Below, piece by piece: positions 49,788-61,482 of a DNA stretch of 64,000 nt. The position numbers and the translations under genes were made by a program. The stretch spans positions 34,620,745 to 34,684,744 of the forward strand of contig JASCQW010000190.1 in the NCBI GenBank assembly GCA_030264375.1. Reading direction: 5' to 3'. Positions within the stretch are counted from its first letter, which is position 1. Each line of letters opens with the position of its first letter. The stretch comes from Carcharhinus longimanus (lineage: Eukaryota). The notes beneath the pieces are model-generated. The model ran no database searches. It was given only the letters and a program-made list of their open reading frames with translations, and was not told where the DNA came from.

Positions 49788-51429
49788 CTGAGTACAACAA
49801 AGAAGATTTATATACATTAGATTGTGCAGTCTCATAAACATCACAAATGTTTAGACCTTCTATGCAACGACACTTCAATGCCCTGGACAAGTGAGGTGCA
49901 TTCTCCTCATACAAGCCTATTCTGATTCTTCTATGCCATTCGACAATAATATATCTCACCTAGAATCATAAACAAATAAGCAATATGAGCTCTTGAATTT
50001 AGACTCTGGTAATCACCCATCCTTTGAATATTACAATCGTATTTTAAATCGTATTTCAATGTGTTGCAGCTGAACAAAAGATTTGTGTAAAATATGTTTT
50101 TTTTAAGAATGGTCATTCAAAAATGCGGCAACTAAAAACAGTATTTCAAGATTACCTCAAATCCCTGATTGATCCCTGTGCAGCCAATTTTTCTTGTTTT
50201 CTGCTGGTTCTGTTTTATTCAGGTCTATTTGTTACTACTGACAGTAGGTTATTAATAATTCGATGTGGAGAGTGTTGCTTACTGAGAATTGAGAACATAT
50301 CATTCCTGAGAGGGAAGAGGGCTGTTAGGCCACATTCTCCCTTGAAACAGATGCTCTCCCCTGTGGGCTGTTTGTAAATACACTCATCGTTGGTGTCCTA
50401 CAAAACAACTCATCATTTTTTCCAATGGCTGAGAGTGAACCTGGTTTCCTCAACAAAGGAGGATGCGTGGATACTTCTGAACGTAAAACAAGGGACTGGC
50501 TTTCTCATGGCAACTTGAAATAAATACTACAACTAAGAGGTAAGGGGATTCTGATGTTTGACAACTCCATCCTGAATGAGATGATTGGCTACAACCTGTT
50601 TTGTACTCTTGATGGGTTGCACAGTGCTGTTGTGCAGAACACATACACAGAACCTCAGCTTTGCCATTGATCAGGTTAGACCAAAAATAGCCTTATCTTT
50701 CAAATCTAATGCTGTAAATGTTGTCTAGATTGAGGCCTGTGGGTAACCCAGGTTGCTATACTGCATCACTCACACTGAACCAGTTCTATTCCCAAGCAGA
50801 ACAGAATTCTGCAATGCTCCATCAAGCCTGGATAATGAAAGATTATGTCACATAGGAAGGTGACAAGCCATTTGATCCTCTTATGGAGCATTTTACCTTA
50901 GGTGGGAACACTGTTATTCACTTTCAGGACAAAAGCAGCCCCTTTCTATTTGACTGTAGGCCTTGGGGCTGGTAACTACTTTTGGTTGTGAACTTCCACA
51001 AACAAATAATAAAGATATCGCCCACACCTACATTTGCCCGCTAATATTTCACAGCCGGATATAAATACAAAAAAATATATAAAGCAGGCAGCTATTTATA
51101 TCTCTCCGGAGTGGGATGGGGTTGCTTTCTCTTTTATAGCCACCAACACAAATAAAGAGCCTTCAATGAATTTTCTAATTTGTCTTACTGGTCTTGTATC
51201 ATCAACATCAGTTTTCAGCAGAGTAAGCATTTATATTAGCAAGAGATTTTTGGGCGACATTACATTTATAGATTAAGTGCTCTGCTATCAAAGTGATCAT
51301 AAGCAAATTACTGAACAATAAACAGGCTTGCTATTTTAATTAAATCGCTTCCAGTTCAAGAAAAAGGTAGTTGGTTGACAATTTTCTGCCACTCCTCTTG
51401 GGTTCTGCAGCAGCATTTGCAACTCTGAC

Positions 51430-51642
51430 CTGTGGTAATGCAGAAGTAGGTTTCATGAGGGGCAACATGGTGGATTCGGTGATGCTTTCTGGGCAAGATG
51501 ATGTGGCAGTCCTGCAAGATGGTGACCCAGCGAGGCAGACCAAAGTACGTGTGGGACCATTTGTGAATCTGATTGGTCATCGTCACAAATACGCCTAAGC
51601 AGAACACGTAACAATCCCAGGCGTAAGCTTCGTAGACAGCTT
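51430..51642 (-). CDS. PEDS1: Plasmanylethanolamine desaturase 1 (TMEM189) penultimate exon
   Basis: Acceptor ttttccttttgcag|AA, donor ACAG|gtcaga, 213 nt phase 1/1; [47 protein letters not shown] retains the His motifs. Confidence 0.97.
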
Positions 51643-53014
51643 CTGCAAAAGGAAAAGAAAGAATCAAATGAAGGGCCATCTTCCAGCAGTCAAACTAGCC
51701 ACTCAATTACTTGCCAATGTTAAAAAGTTAAATAACTTGGAAAAACAAATTAAATGCTTTCTCTTTCATGAGTTATGCATGAGCTACAAATCAAGCTTCA
51801 ACGTTTTATGATGGTCAATGGGATTACATTGAGATGGGAAATGGACAGAATCACATGGTCCAGTAAAGCCTTGTTAAACCAAGCTAACAAAATCCTAAGG
51901 GCAAATTCTAACCTCTACAGGATTTCACACTTCAGCTCATGGAATACAAGAAGAAAATCCAATTTTATAGAATTGTTCAGCATGTCTAACAGGAGATTTG
52001 CTTGAATCAAATAAAACTCCTGATGGATACAGTTAATATGGACTGGCCTCCATGTTACACCATGGCAGCAATGTTCAACAGTAACACCTTTCAATTTCTA
52101 AGCATGCTTTTTCCTTTTCTGATTGCGCTGTTATTGCCCTCAGAGATCTGAAGTAGTCTTTTTCTCCTCCTTTGTGTTCTCAAATCATACCTCAGATATG
52201 ACTGCTTCACAATGAAAAATGCATAATGGTGATTCCTTTTCAAACATTACCATTGTAATAAAAAAAAGCAAGAACTCCTGAAAAATCCACACCATTCTCA
52301 GAGTTCAGATTGTAAATTTAATTTCCAATGTTACATGCCACACTCCCTGTTCGGGTCAGTGATACTGAATCTAATAATTCAAAAATCTGCACTTCAGCCC
52401 AGAGAGTGAAGATTTCAGGTCACAAATTGGAATTATAGGCTTGAATCAACCATTCACCAGTGTTGTAGGAATAAATATTCAGTGCATTTGATGTTCAATC
52501 CATCCAATGGCCAGACCTGGTCGCACAATGGTGTGCTTCATTATTACCAGAAGTGATGAATTCCTTTCTCAGCAACAGCACTTTCCCTGTCAGGAGAGGC
52601 TGCATGAAGAGAAGAAAGAGGTTGCTGACCTGCACAGTGTTTTGGGATGAAAGCACGGTTTGGTTTCAAAGGCCTACTTCATCAACTCTTTATATGGTTA
52701 ACCTACTGAGTACTGCACGTCCTTTGCAGCCTTCAAAATTCCCTAATGTTTTTTTGGCCAGGCAACAGCTGTGAATGGAAGTTGCTGTAATTTTCTAACA
52801 TTTGATACTAAAGCACTGAGCTGTAAAAAAAATCTGCAGAAACAGGGTATTGTTAGAATCTACTTTAGGTTGTGGCTGGAGAGCCTTCAAACTGCTAGTT
52901 TGGCATTGAATGAGCTCAAATATCAACAAACATGGTTCCTATTCTTGCTGGAAGCTGGAATTGAATGCTTTAGGTCATTTGTTCATCACTGAAACCTCCA
53001 GCAGTTGCCACGGT

Positions 53015-53195
53015 TGGGAAGTCAGTTAGCTCAGTTGACTGGATGGCTAGTTTGTGTTGCACAGTGACGCTAAAAGCGCAGGTTCAATTCCTATACCGGC
53101 TGAGGTTATTCACGAAGGCCCTGCCTTCTCAACCTTGCCCCATGCCTGAGGTGTGGTGACCCTCAGGTTAAATCACCACCAGTCAGCCTATCTTA
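53015..53195 (+). mobile_element. Older tRNA-headed SINE of a different family
   Basis: A-box tagctcagttg, B-box ggttcaattcc, core gccttctcaaccttgcccc..cctgaggtgtggtgaccctcagg; partial - copy at about 60365-60450. Confidence 0.6.
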
Positions 53196-54771
53196 ATCTG
53201 GTGACATTACTTTATGTGGTTAAAACACAGCGATGTTACAATATTTGAAGTCTTCAGGGACAGGAAATTCTGCACTGGGATGTAACATCCCTTAAAACAG
53301 TGAGATAAGAAGGAATGCATTGAGAGAACTATCCTAAAGCATGCTATTCAGTAGACTAGTGTGGCTGAATGGAGTTTTAACTTAAAATATTTTGGTTAAC
53401 ATTGTTTTTTCCACTATGCTGGGATTTCTTGTGTCTGGTGGCCTGAAATTTGTCAAAGGACAGAAGATGCCAGAGTTAACAGCTTGTACTTGGCAGGGAG
53501 GAGTTCTGTAAGCCTCTTGGAGCCAGTGCTCCTTCTCTGGGCACTGGAATGTAAACAATATGCACTTAAGAGGTTGAGTTATGATGAGGTCTTAAGGGAT
53601 CACTGCCACTGTTCTGCCGGCACTTGATTGGCCTAATGGAATGATTCAATTGGGGGTTTCTGATCAATTCATTGGCTGGATGGCAAAGAATCATCCGGAA
53701 GTGAGTGGAGAATTGTGGATAAAAAGACATGCGAGTCCTTTGTTTGGCAGTGATCAACCGTTGCAAGAAGACATGTGCCCGAATGATGCTTCAGAGAAGG
53801 AGTAGATAGATATTTCTTGGTGATGGTTTTCCTAAACTTGGTAGTATCTATTTTCAGTTAAAGTTAAGGTGCAGTTTAAGAGTTAAAGTCCAGTTGAAAG
53901 TTGATGTTCATTTAAAGTTCAGTAAAGAGTTAATGAGTTGCAAATATTTGTTTGAGTTGGTACTAGAAGTGTTAAATAAAGAAATAATTGAATTACTGTC
54001 CTTGTTATTCTCATTAAGCTGGAATGCTTAGAAGGTGTTTAAATTAAAGGTGTATAACACTGGACTGATAGAAACTTCAACAACTGAAAACATACTTGAC
54101 CCTATAATAAAGTTATGCGTGATGAGCAGAGTGAGCAGAGATGAAAGAGGGGATTAGACCCATCTCATTGTTGAGGAATAAGGTGGTGCTTCTGTCAAAA
54201 GTTGTAATTATGTGCTTATAATGCATTATTTAGCAATACTTTTTTTGACATCAACATTTCTCCAATTCTACTTTAGAACACGCAGTACTCAAACATTTGT
54301 AGAAACAGAAATTGCATTTCCATTATAACAGCTGCAAAGAACATTGAGTATTAAAGGATTATTAATTCAAGGCCATTAAGTGAAGTCGACTGTAACATTA
54401 CTTTTAAAATTGCACTTTGCTGCAGAATATCTGAATATGAAACTAGCAACAAGCTGGGAACATATAAAATGCTTAATAAAATAACAGTAACTTCCTAAAA
54501 GTAATCAGAATCTGTAAAGGGCTTAGATTTTAACATATAGTTTGGAATATTTAACCAAATAGCTCAGTCTTCACAAGTTAGTCATCTTCTCTCAATATCT
54601 TCTTGAACAAGTGTCTTACCAACTATCTATATTCATGAGATGAACATTGATGGCTGGCGGCAGTAGGAGTAAATTATCAATTTATAATACGCATGTGATA
54701 GATCCGATCCAATTCCATAAAAAGTCCATCTTTAAAGATGAGTTACTTTCACTTTAACACTGTTCTTGTCA

Positions 54772-54905
54772 GGGCGGCATGCTGGCACTGTGGTTGGCAC
54801 TGCTGCCTCACAGCGCCACAGGCCCATGTTCAATTCCGGCCTTGGGTCACTTGAGCCAGTGCAGGCTCAATGGGCCAAATGGCCTCCTTCTGCATTGTAG
54901 GGCTT
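54772..54905 (+). mobile_element. HE1-type SINE with internal deletion (head joined to tail)
   Basis: Head to cttgggtcac continues directly into gtgcaggctcaatgggccaaatggcctccttctgc. Confidence 0.8.
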
Positions 54906-55095
54906 CCGTGAAATGTCGCCTCTTCAAAAATCTTAGGAATCATTTTTTGGTTTAATAAATGGTTGGTAAAGACACCATGCTGAGTAAAAATTAGTCCCTT
55001 ACAAAGATGAGCAATCATGACAGTAAAAATAACAATCAATTGAATTTAGTGCGAGTGGCAGCTTTCTGGGGGATTTAATTGAAAATATGTTACAG

Positions 55096-55112
55096 TGCCA
55101 CTAGATGGTGCT
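55096..55112 (+). promoter_or_regulatory. Candidate CTCF-binding site in a PEDS1 intron
   Basis: TGCCACTAGATGGTGCT closely fits the CTCF core CCACYAGRKGGCRC; lies in non-repeat sequence. Confidence 0.5.
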
Positions 55113-55466
55113 ATAAAAGAACAATTTGAACCTTCTTGCAATTTTCTCTTGTGAGAAAGTCAACTAAATACATAAATAACAAAGAGATAAAATAAATGAT
55201 ACCCGTTTAATTGTCTGTTTATAGTGGAATTCAAAATAACAAGACAAGCTTGCAACTACTTTCACCTCTATTGGCACATTGTGCGTTGAGGCACATTTGC
55301 ATGGATCAAATAAAAGGGGTAACATCTAATTTAAATATTTAAGCTCAAGTGTTTTACTCACAGCTGGAGTTCACTTCACGGCCATGATGTCTTGAACAAG
55401 TATTGGGCAGTACACAAGGTGAACAACTCTTACACACTTCCAGGAGGAAAGCTAACATTAAAATCC

Positions 55467-56270
55467 ATAGAATCCCTACAGTGCAGAATGAGGCCATTCG
55501 GCTCATCGAGTCTGCACCTTCTCTCCGATGTGCAGATGCCGATGTTGGACTGGGGTAAGCACAGTAAGAAGTCTCACAACACCAGGACTTGTTGGACTTT
55601 AATCTCGTGTTGTGAGGCTTCTTCCTGTCCTTCTCTCCAAAACAGCATCTTTGCAAGGCCCACCTTCCCACTCCATCCCTGTAATTCCCTGTATTTGCCG
55701 TGGCGAATCCATCAAACCTACAAATTCATTTTTTAAATTTGTTCATGGTGTGTGGGCATCGCTAGCTAGCATTTGTTGCCCATCTCTGAGGGCATTTAAG
55801 AGTCAACCACATTGCTGTAGATCTGGAGACACGTGTAGGCCAGACCAGGTAAGGATGACAGATTTCCTTCCCTAAAAGATATTAGTGAATCAAATGGGTT
55901 TTTACAACAATCGACAATGGTCATCATTAGACTTTTAATTTCAGATTTTTACTGAATTCACATTTCACCAGCTGTCATGGTGGGATTCAAACCCAGGTCC
56001 CGAAAGCGTTACCCTGGGTCTCTGAATTACTAGTCCAGTGACAAAACCACTGCGCCAATGCCTTCTCCCAAATCTCTGGACAATTTTAAGGGACAATTTA
56101 GCATGGCCAATCCACTTATCCTGCACATCTTTGGACTGCAGGAGGAAACTGGAGTAGCCAGAGGAAACCCACGCAGACATGAGGAGAATGCACAGTCACA
56201 CAAGACTGGAATTGAACCCCCACATCCCTGGCGCTATGAGGCAATAGTGACAACCACTGTGCCGCTGAGT
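55467..56270 (-). mobile_element. HE1-type SINE split by a Penelope repeat (about 55528-55625) and another SINE/LINE tail (about 55730-56055)
   Basis: Tail at 55467-55520, body and head at 56060-56270, different repeats between them. Confidence 0.7.
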
Positions 56271-56484
56271 CAAATAAGAGGCAAACAATTTACAAGCTTT
56301 TCCCAATACAACGGCTAGATTGTCTCAATGGGTGTTATTGCACTGTATCAGCACCTAATGAATGTAACATTTCAATTAGCTTTCATTGCCCATTTATACA
56401 GAATGCATCGGTCAGTATTCCTACTGCTGCAATATTTTACTGAATTTGTCCCTTTTGCATTTTGAATGTCAACGCAAAAACAAA

Positions 56485-56762
56485 GTTTATTTATTAGTCA
56501 CAAGTAAGGCTTACATTAACACTGCAATGAAGTTACCATGAAATTCCCCTAGCCTCCACATTCTGGCATCTGTTGGGGTCAATGCACAGAACCAGCATGT
56601 CTTTCAGGCTGTGGGAAGAAACTGGAGCACCCGGAGGAAACCCACACAGACATGGGGAGAATGTGCAAATTCCACACAGATAGTGGCCCAGGTCGGGAAT
56701 CGAACCCAGGTTCCTGGCACTGTGAGGCAGCATTGCTAACCACTGTGCCACCATGCCACCCA
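56485..56762 (-). mobile_element. Shark tRNA SINE
   Basis: Full head, body and tail on -. Confidence 0.92.
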
Positions 56763-57204
56763 CTGAAAGATAACTCAAAAGGTATTACTCACTTTTGGTG
56801 ATTGCATCCGTAATGTGGCTCAGAAACGATAAGTACTTTCATAAAGTCACACCTCCTCATTGGTCTCATTAAAGTGCAACATTCTTTTATCACAATTCCT
56901 TAACTTAATTTATTCTCTCAGACTTTAGATTATTCCATGTCACATGTTAGTCAATGGCAATCTGATCCAATACTTCCAGTAATGTCCCAAAGCAGTCCAA
57001 GATAATTCCTCTGCCTGGAGTTTCATCTCACCTTCCTGGTTTTGCCATAACTCTGAACTCAGTTTATGTAGAATCACAACACAAGCACATGCTACTCCAA
57101 TTGTGTACATCACATTACCACATTCACCTGCAGTACAGCTGTGCTTATCATAATTATTACTTTCTCCGTTTTAAAAACTTACTTCAAAATTTCCTACTAT
57201 TTAT

Positions 57205-58150
57205 GACAACAACCTGCATTTGTCTAGTACCTTTGGTGCAGCAATTTTCCCCAAAGTGCTTCACAGGAGTGTTAATCGGGAAAGAAAATGACAGCAAGGT
57301 AATGGAGGAAGTGATGGGACAGGAGACGTGAAGCTTGATTAAAGAGGAAGGTTTTTTGGAGTATGTTAAATGTGGAGAGGTAAAAAGGCAGAAAGGTTTA
57401 CAGAGGGAACAGCAGAACTTAGGACCCAGATGGTTTAATGCACAGCTACATGGAGGCAAGAATGGTGAGGGGCACACAGAAGTCTAGCTTTGGAAGAACA
57501 CATAGCTATGAACTGGAGAAGGTTACAGACATAGAAAGGGCCGAGACCATGGAGGGATTTAAATGCGAGGGTGAGAATTTTAAAATCCAGATATTTTTAG
57601 ACTGGGGGGCCATTCCAGTCTGTGACCACAGGGATGATGGGGGAGGAAAACTTGGTACAAATTAAGATAAGGACAAGACAATTTTGGCTACTTATGAAAG
57701 AGGGGAAGAGCATTGGAATAGTTGAGTCTGCAGATAACAAACAAGGGTTGATGGTTTCAGTAGCAGATAGGCTGGGTAGGGGTGAAAACAGATTTTAGGT
57801 CCATAGAAGGCAGCAGTCTTTGTGGTAGAACAGATTAGGAATGAGAAACTTGCCTTGGAGTCAAATAGACATCCTGATTCACCATGAGAACCAGCCACGG
57901 AAAGAATAGACTGGTGGCTAAGGAACGCAGCTTGTGGCTGGAACTGAAGGCAGCGGGTGCAATTTTCCGGCACCCACCCCGACCCCCACAAACAGTGGGG
58001 CCAGCCATTGAAATCTCCATTCACAATGGCGGGACCAGAATCCCACCAGTATGAAGGGATGGAACATTTCAGCCAATGGCTTTGGATTTCCCAATGTTTA
58101 ACTGAAGGGAATTTTGGCTCATATAGGTCTGGAGGTCAGATAAGCAGTCT
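57205..58150 (-). mobile_element. Old L2-like LINE 3' remnant with a MITE at about 57955-58073
   Basis: acaacaacctgcattt...aaagtgcttcacagg is a typical L2 tail reverse complement; purine-rich decayed body. Confidence 0.55.
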
Positions 58151-61100
58151 AATTGGCAGCGACGATGGTGTAGTTGTATTGTCACTGGACTAGTCATCCA
58201 GAGAGCCAGGGTAATGCACTGATTCGAATCCCACCGTGGCAGATGGTGAAATTTGAATTGAATTTTTTAAAATGTGGAATTTAAAATGTCCAATGTCATT
58301 GTTGATTGTAATAAAAGCCTATCCATTTTGGGAAGGAAATCATTACTTGGTGTTACACGTGTCTCCAGATCCACAGCAATGACTGAAAATGGTTTAGTAA
58401 GTCACTCACTGCAGGGCAATTAGGGATGGGCAATAAATACTGGCCCAACCAGCGATGCCCACATCTGCTGAATACATTCTTTAAAAATGGCACTGAAACA
58501 GTGGAAAGATTGAGAGAGGTTGTGAGGTAGAGCTATGTGCAATCCAGCATATTTTTGGATGCAGTAATTTGAGATTAGAACAAAATAGGAGGGATTAAAG
58601 ATAAATCCTTGGGGGATTCTCAGCCTGAGGACAGAATGAAAGGCCTTTGGAGGAAATTGTCTGGCAATGACTGTGTAGTTAAGAACAGAAGCAGATGAGG
58701 GCAGGGTCACTCAGCTGGACAACAGAAAGGGAAACTATGAGAGTTGGTGTGGTCATATGTGCTGAAGGCGGATCATGCTGGACACAACTAATTGAAGACC
58801 ATTCTATAGGAAAACATCTCCACAACTGGAAAAGTTGCATCATGATATTCAGCAAAACTTTGCACTAGTCAGCCCAAGTTGAGGCAAAGTGTCCCACACA
58901 ATCTGCCAAACAAAAAGCACACTGCTGTTTCAATGGAGAATGCTGTCCTGCACTGTAGCAGTGCTGCCTGAGAGGATAGATCATCGCAGCAACATATAAT
59001 TCAAACAGGGTATGTCGGCATATTTTTTCACTTCCCCATGGCAAAAATCAGACTTGTAATACATCCTATCTTGCAGCTCACCTGAGGAGAATGAAGATTC
59101 ACCCTCCAAGGCAAACACATTTGAGTGACAGGCATCCCTCGGAATCAGACTTGCATCATTGTAGTTTGCAGCTGAGCGCTAAACCACTGGAGCTATCATC
59201 TTGTTTCTGAGTTACTGCGTGTCCTAATGAGCACCAGAGGATGCCATATCCTAGTCAGGAAAGACTGTAGAAGATTCTTCTTCATCTCTTCATTCTCTTC
59301 CTGGCTGCCAGCTTGTGCCTCATCCTACGCCACGTCCCACTGACAGTTCATGTCACGTCTGACTGTGTTAACCCTACCTAAATCCACCAATCAATATCAA
59401 GTATGTCAAAACTGATCAGCGATTTCATTGGAGTAGTAGATGATGCTTGACACACATTCACATCAGATGGTGAACCTACGTTATATTTTCATACATCCTT
59501 ATCAACAGTCCAGAGTTATATCTTTCTCACAGACAATTCCTCGGAGCCGTTGCTTGTTCACAATGACACACACGGACAAAATCAGGGGCTGATGCGACCC
59601 AGGTCGGTTCGGATGTTTATAGTTATTTTTGAGCACGACACAGTACCACTTCTCCAAACTTGCTGTGTTAATTACATTCTTGCCCTTTCTCACAATACGT
59701 TCTACTGTCAGGGTTTGGTCGTCAACTGTGATGGTGCGAGACTGCAGCGGACTACAAATTATAAATACATCCTGCAACTCATTACTTTATGGGGCGGGGG
59801 GGGGGGGGGGTGGGGGGGAAGGAGGGTGTGTGTGTGCGCGCGCCCACNNNNNNNNNNNNNNNNNNNNNNNNNNNNNNNNNNNNNNNNNNNNNNNNNNNNN
59901 NNNNNNNNNNNNNNNNNNNNNNNNNNNNNNNNNNNNNNNNNNNNNNNAGGGTGTGTGTGTGCGCGCGCACACGTGAGAGAGAGATGAAAAATGTGCCCGT
60001 TATACACACATTTGTTTCACCCTGTGCTGAAACACACTGCGCTCAAATGTACAATTTACAAGTCAAACAGAATCAATTTGGAAATATGGTGTTCAGAATT
60101 GAAAGGAGAACCCAAGTGTCCTTTGTTAGTTTGTGGGGATTGAAAGAAACATAAAAGTAGATTGAACATCTGTACAACCCAAGTGTCCTCGGCTCTTAAA
60201 TAATCTGATCCAAATGTCTGGATCTTGATCAGCTACGAACTAATGTAACGGAAGAACTGTTAGGGTGGCGAAATCATCCATTCCGAGGTGTCACTTCTGA
60301 ATTGCAATTATCTGCAAGTTCTTTCATAAACTGTTACATAACTTCATCACGTTACCTGATCATAAATAACCTCAGCCGCTATGGGAATTGAACCCACACT
60401 GTAGGCATCACTTTGATTCACAAATCAGCTATCCAGCCAACTCAGCTAAACTGGGGACTGGCTAGGAGGTGCAGGAGGACTGGGGAAGGCATCCAGAGGG
60501 CAGCCTGACCTCTTCCTGCTGCCATTCCACACTACCAGTAGGAAGGTGAGCGGTTTGGACACCCAATGTGAGGTCAACTGACCAGTGACAGCTGGCAGCC
60601 TCCAAGCTGGTTTCAGGCATGGGGCCTTCCTATATGAGCACACCATGCCCCACGTTGGGTGCTCCACCACTTAAGTGTGCTCTCCTGTGAGTTGTAGTCT
60701 CCACCGCAAGCAGTGGCTCTTATTAACTGGGGGCCCCCAACCAGCTGCTGCCAGCAATATACCGCCTTGGGTGCAGCACTGGCTGAAGTGGGGTTCGCCT
60801 CCATCTTCTGACCCAGCAGTGAGACTTCAACGTTACCAGCTACGTTCAGCCACATGTGTACTGAATCTACAATCAGTAAGGTGTAATTGGTTTTTAAACA
60901 GTGTTCTAACTTCAGAATACCGAGAAACACTCTCTCTGACCCCAAAAAACTAATTTTATATCTACGGAATGTCAAATTTTTCCATAAATGATTTTAAAAA
61001 TTCACAACTCTCTTTTGTAAAATGTTAGTTTATCTTTAGCTTTTATCATAATCCAATCATAATGATATACCCTCATGCTTGAAAATTTAAATTCTATTAT

Positions 61101-61227
61101 ATTAACTGCTTTTAACTTCCTCATTTGCTGTCTGCAAATAGTTCAACATGTTTGGCTACTTGCCAGTTCAGTGGCATCACTGGGGCTGCATGTCAAGATA
61201 TCCCCTTAAAACCACGCCACACAGATC

Positions 61228-61482
61228 TAGAATCATAGTGCAGAAAGAAGCCATTCGGCCCATTGAGTCAGCACTGATTCTCCTATCCCCATAACCCCAT
61301 GTATTTAACCCTGCTAATCCCCCTAAACTACACATCTTGGGAAACTAAGGGGCAATTTAGCATTGCCAATTGATCTAACCTGCACATCTGTGTGGGGGAG
61401 AAACTATGGACACAGAGACAATGTGCAGACTCCACACTGATAGTCACCCAAGGCTGGAATCGAACCCGGGTTACTGGCACTA
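61228..61482 (-). mobile_element. HE1-type SINE
   Basis: Tail agtgcagaaagaagccattcggcccattgag and B-box ggaatcgaacccggg on -. Confidence 0.85.

Noticed and set aside
51371-51598. Plus-strand 75-aa ORF
   Set aside because: Antisense to the PEDS1 exon.
56790-56900. Possible PEDS1 upstream exon (HFNETNEE on -)
   Set aside because: Only a superficial match to HDFIETNGDN; no REHH motif and the frame hits a stop. The true exon probably lies beyond 64000.
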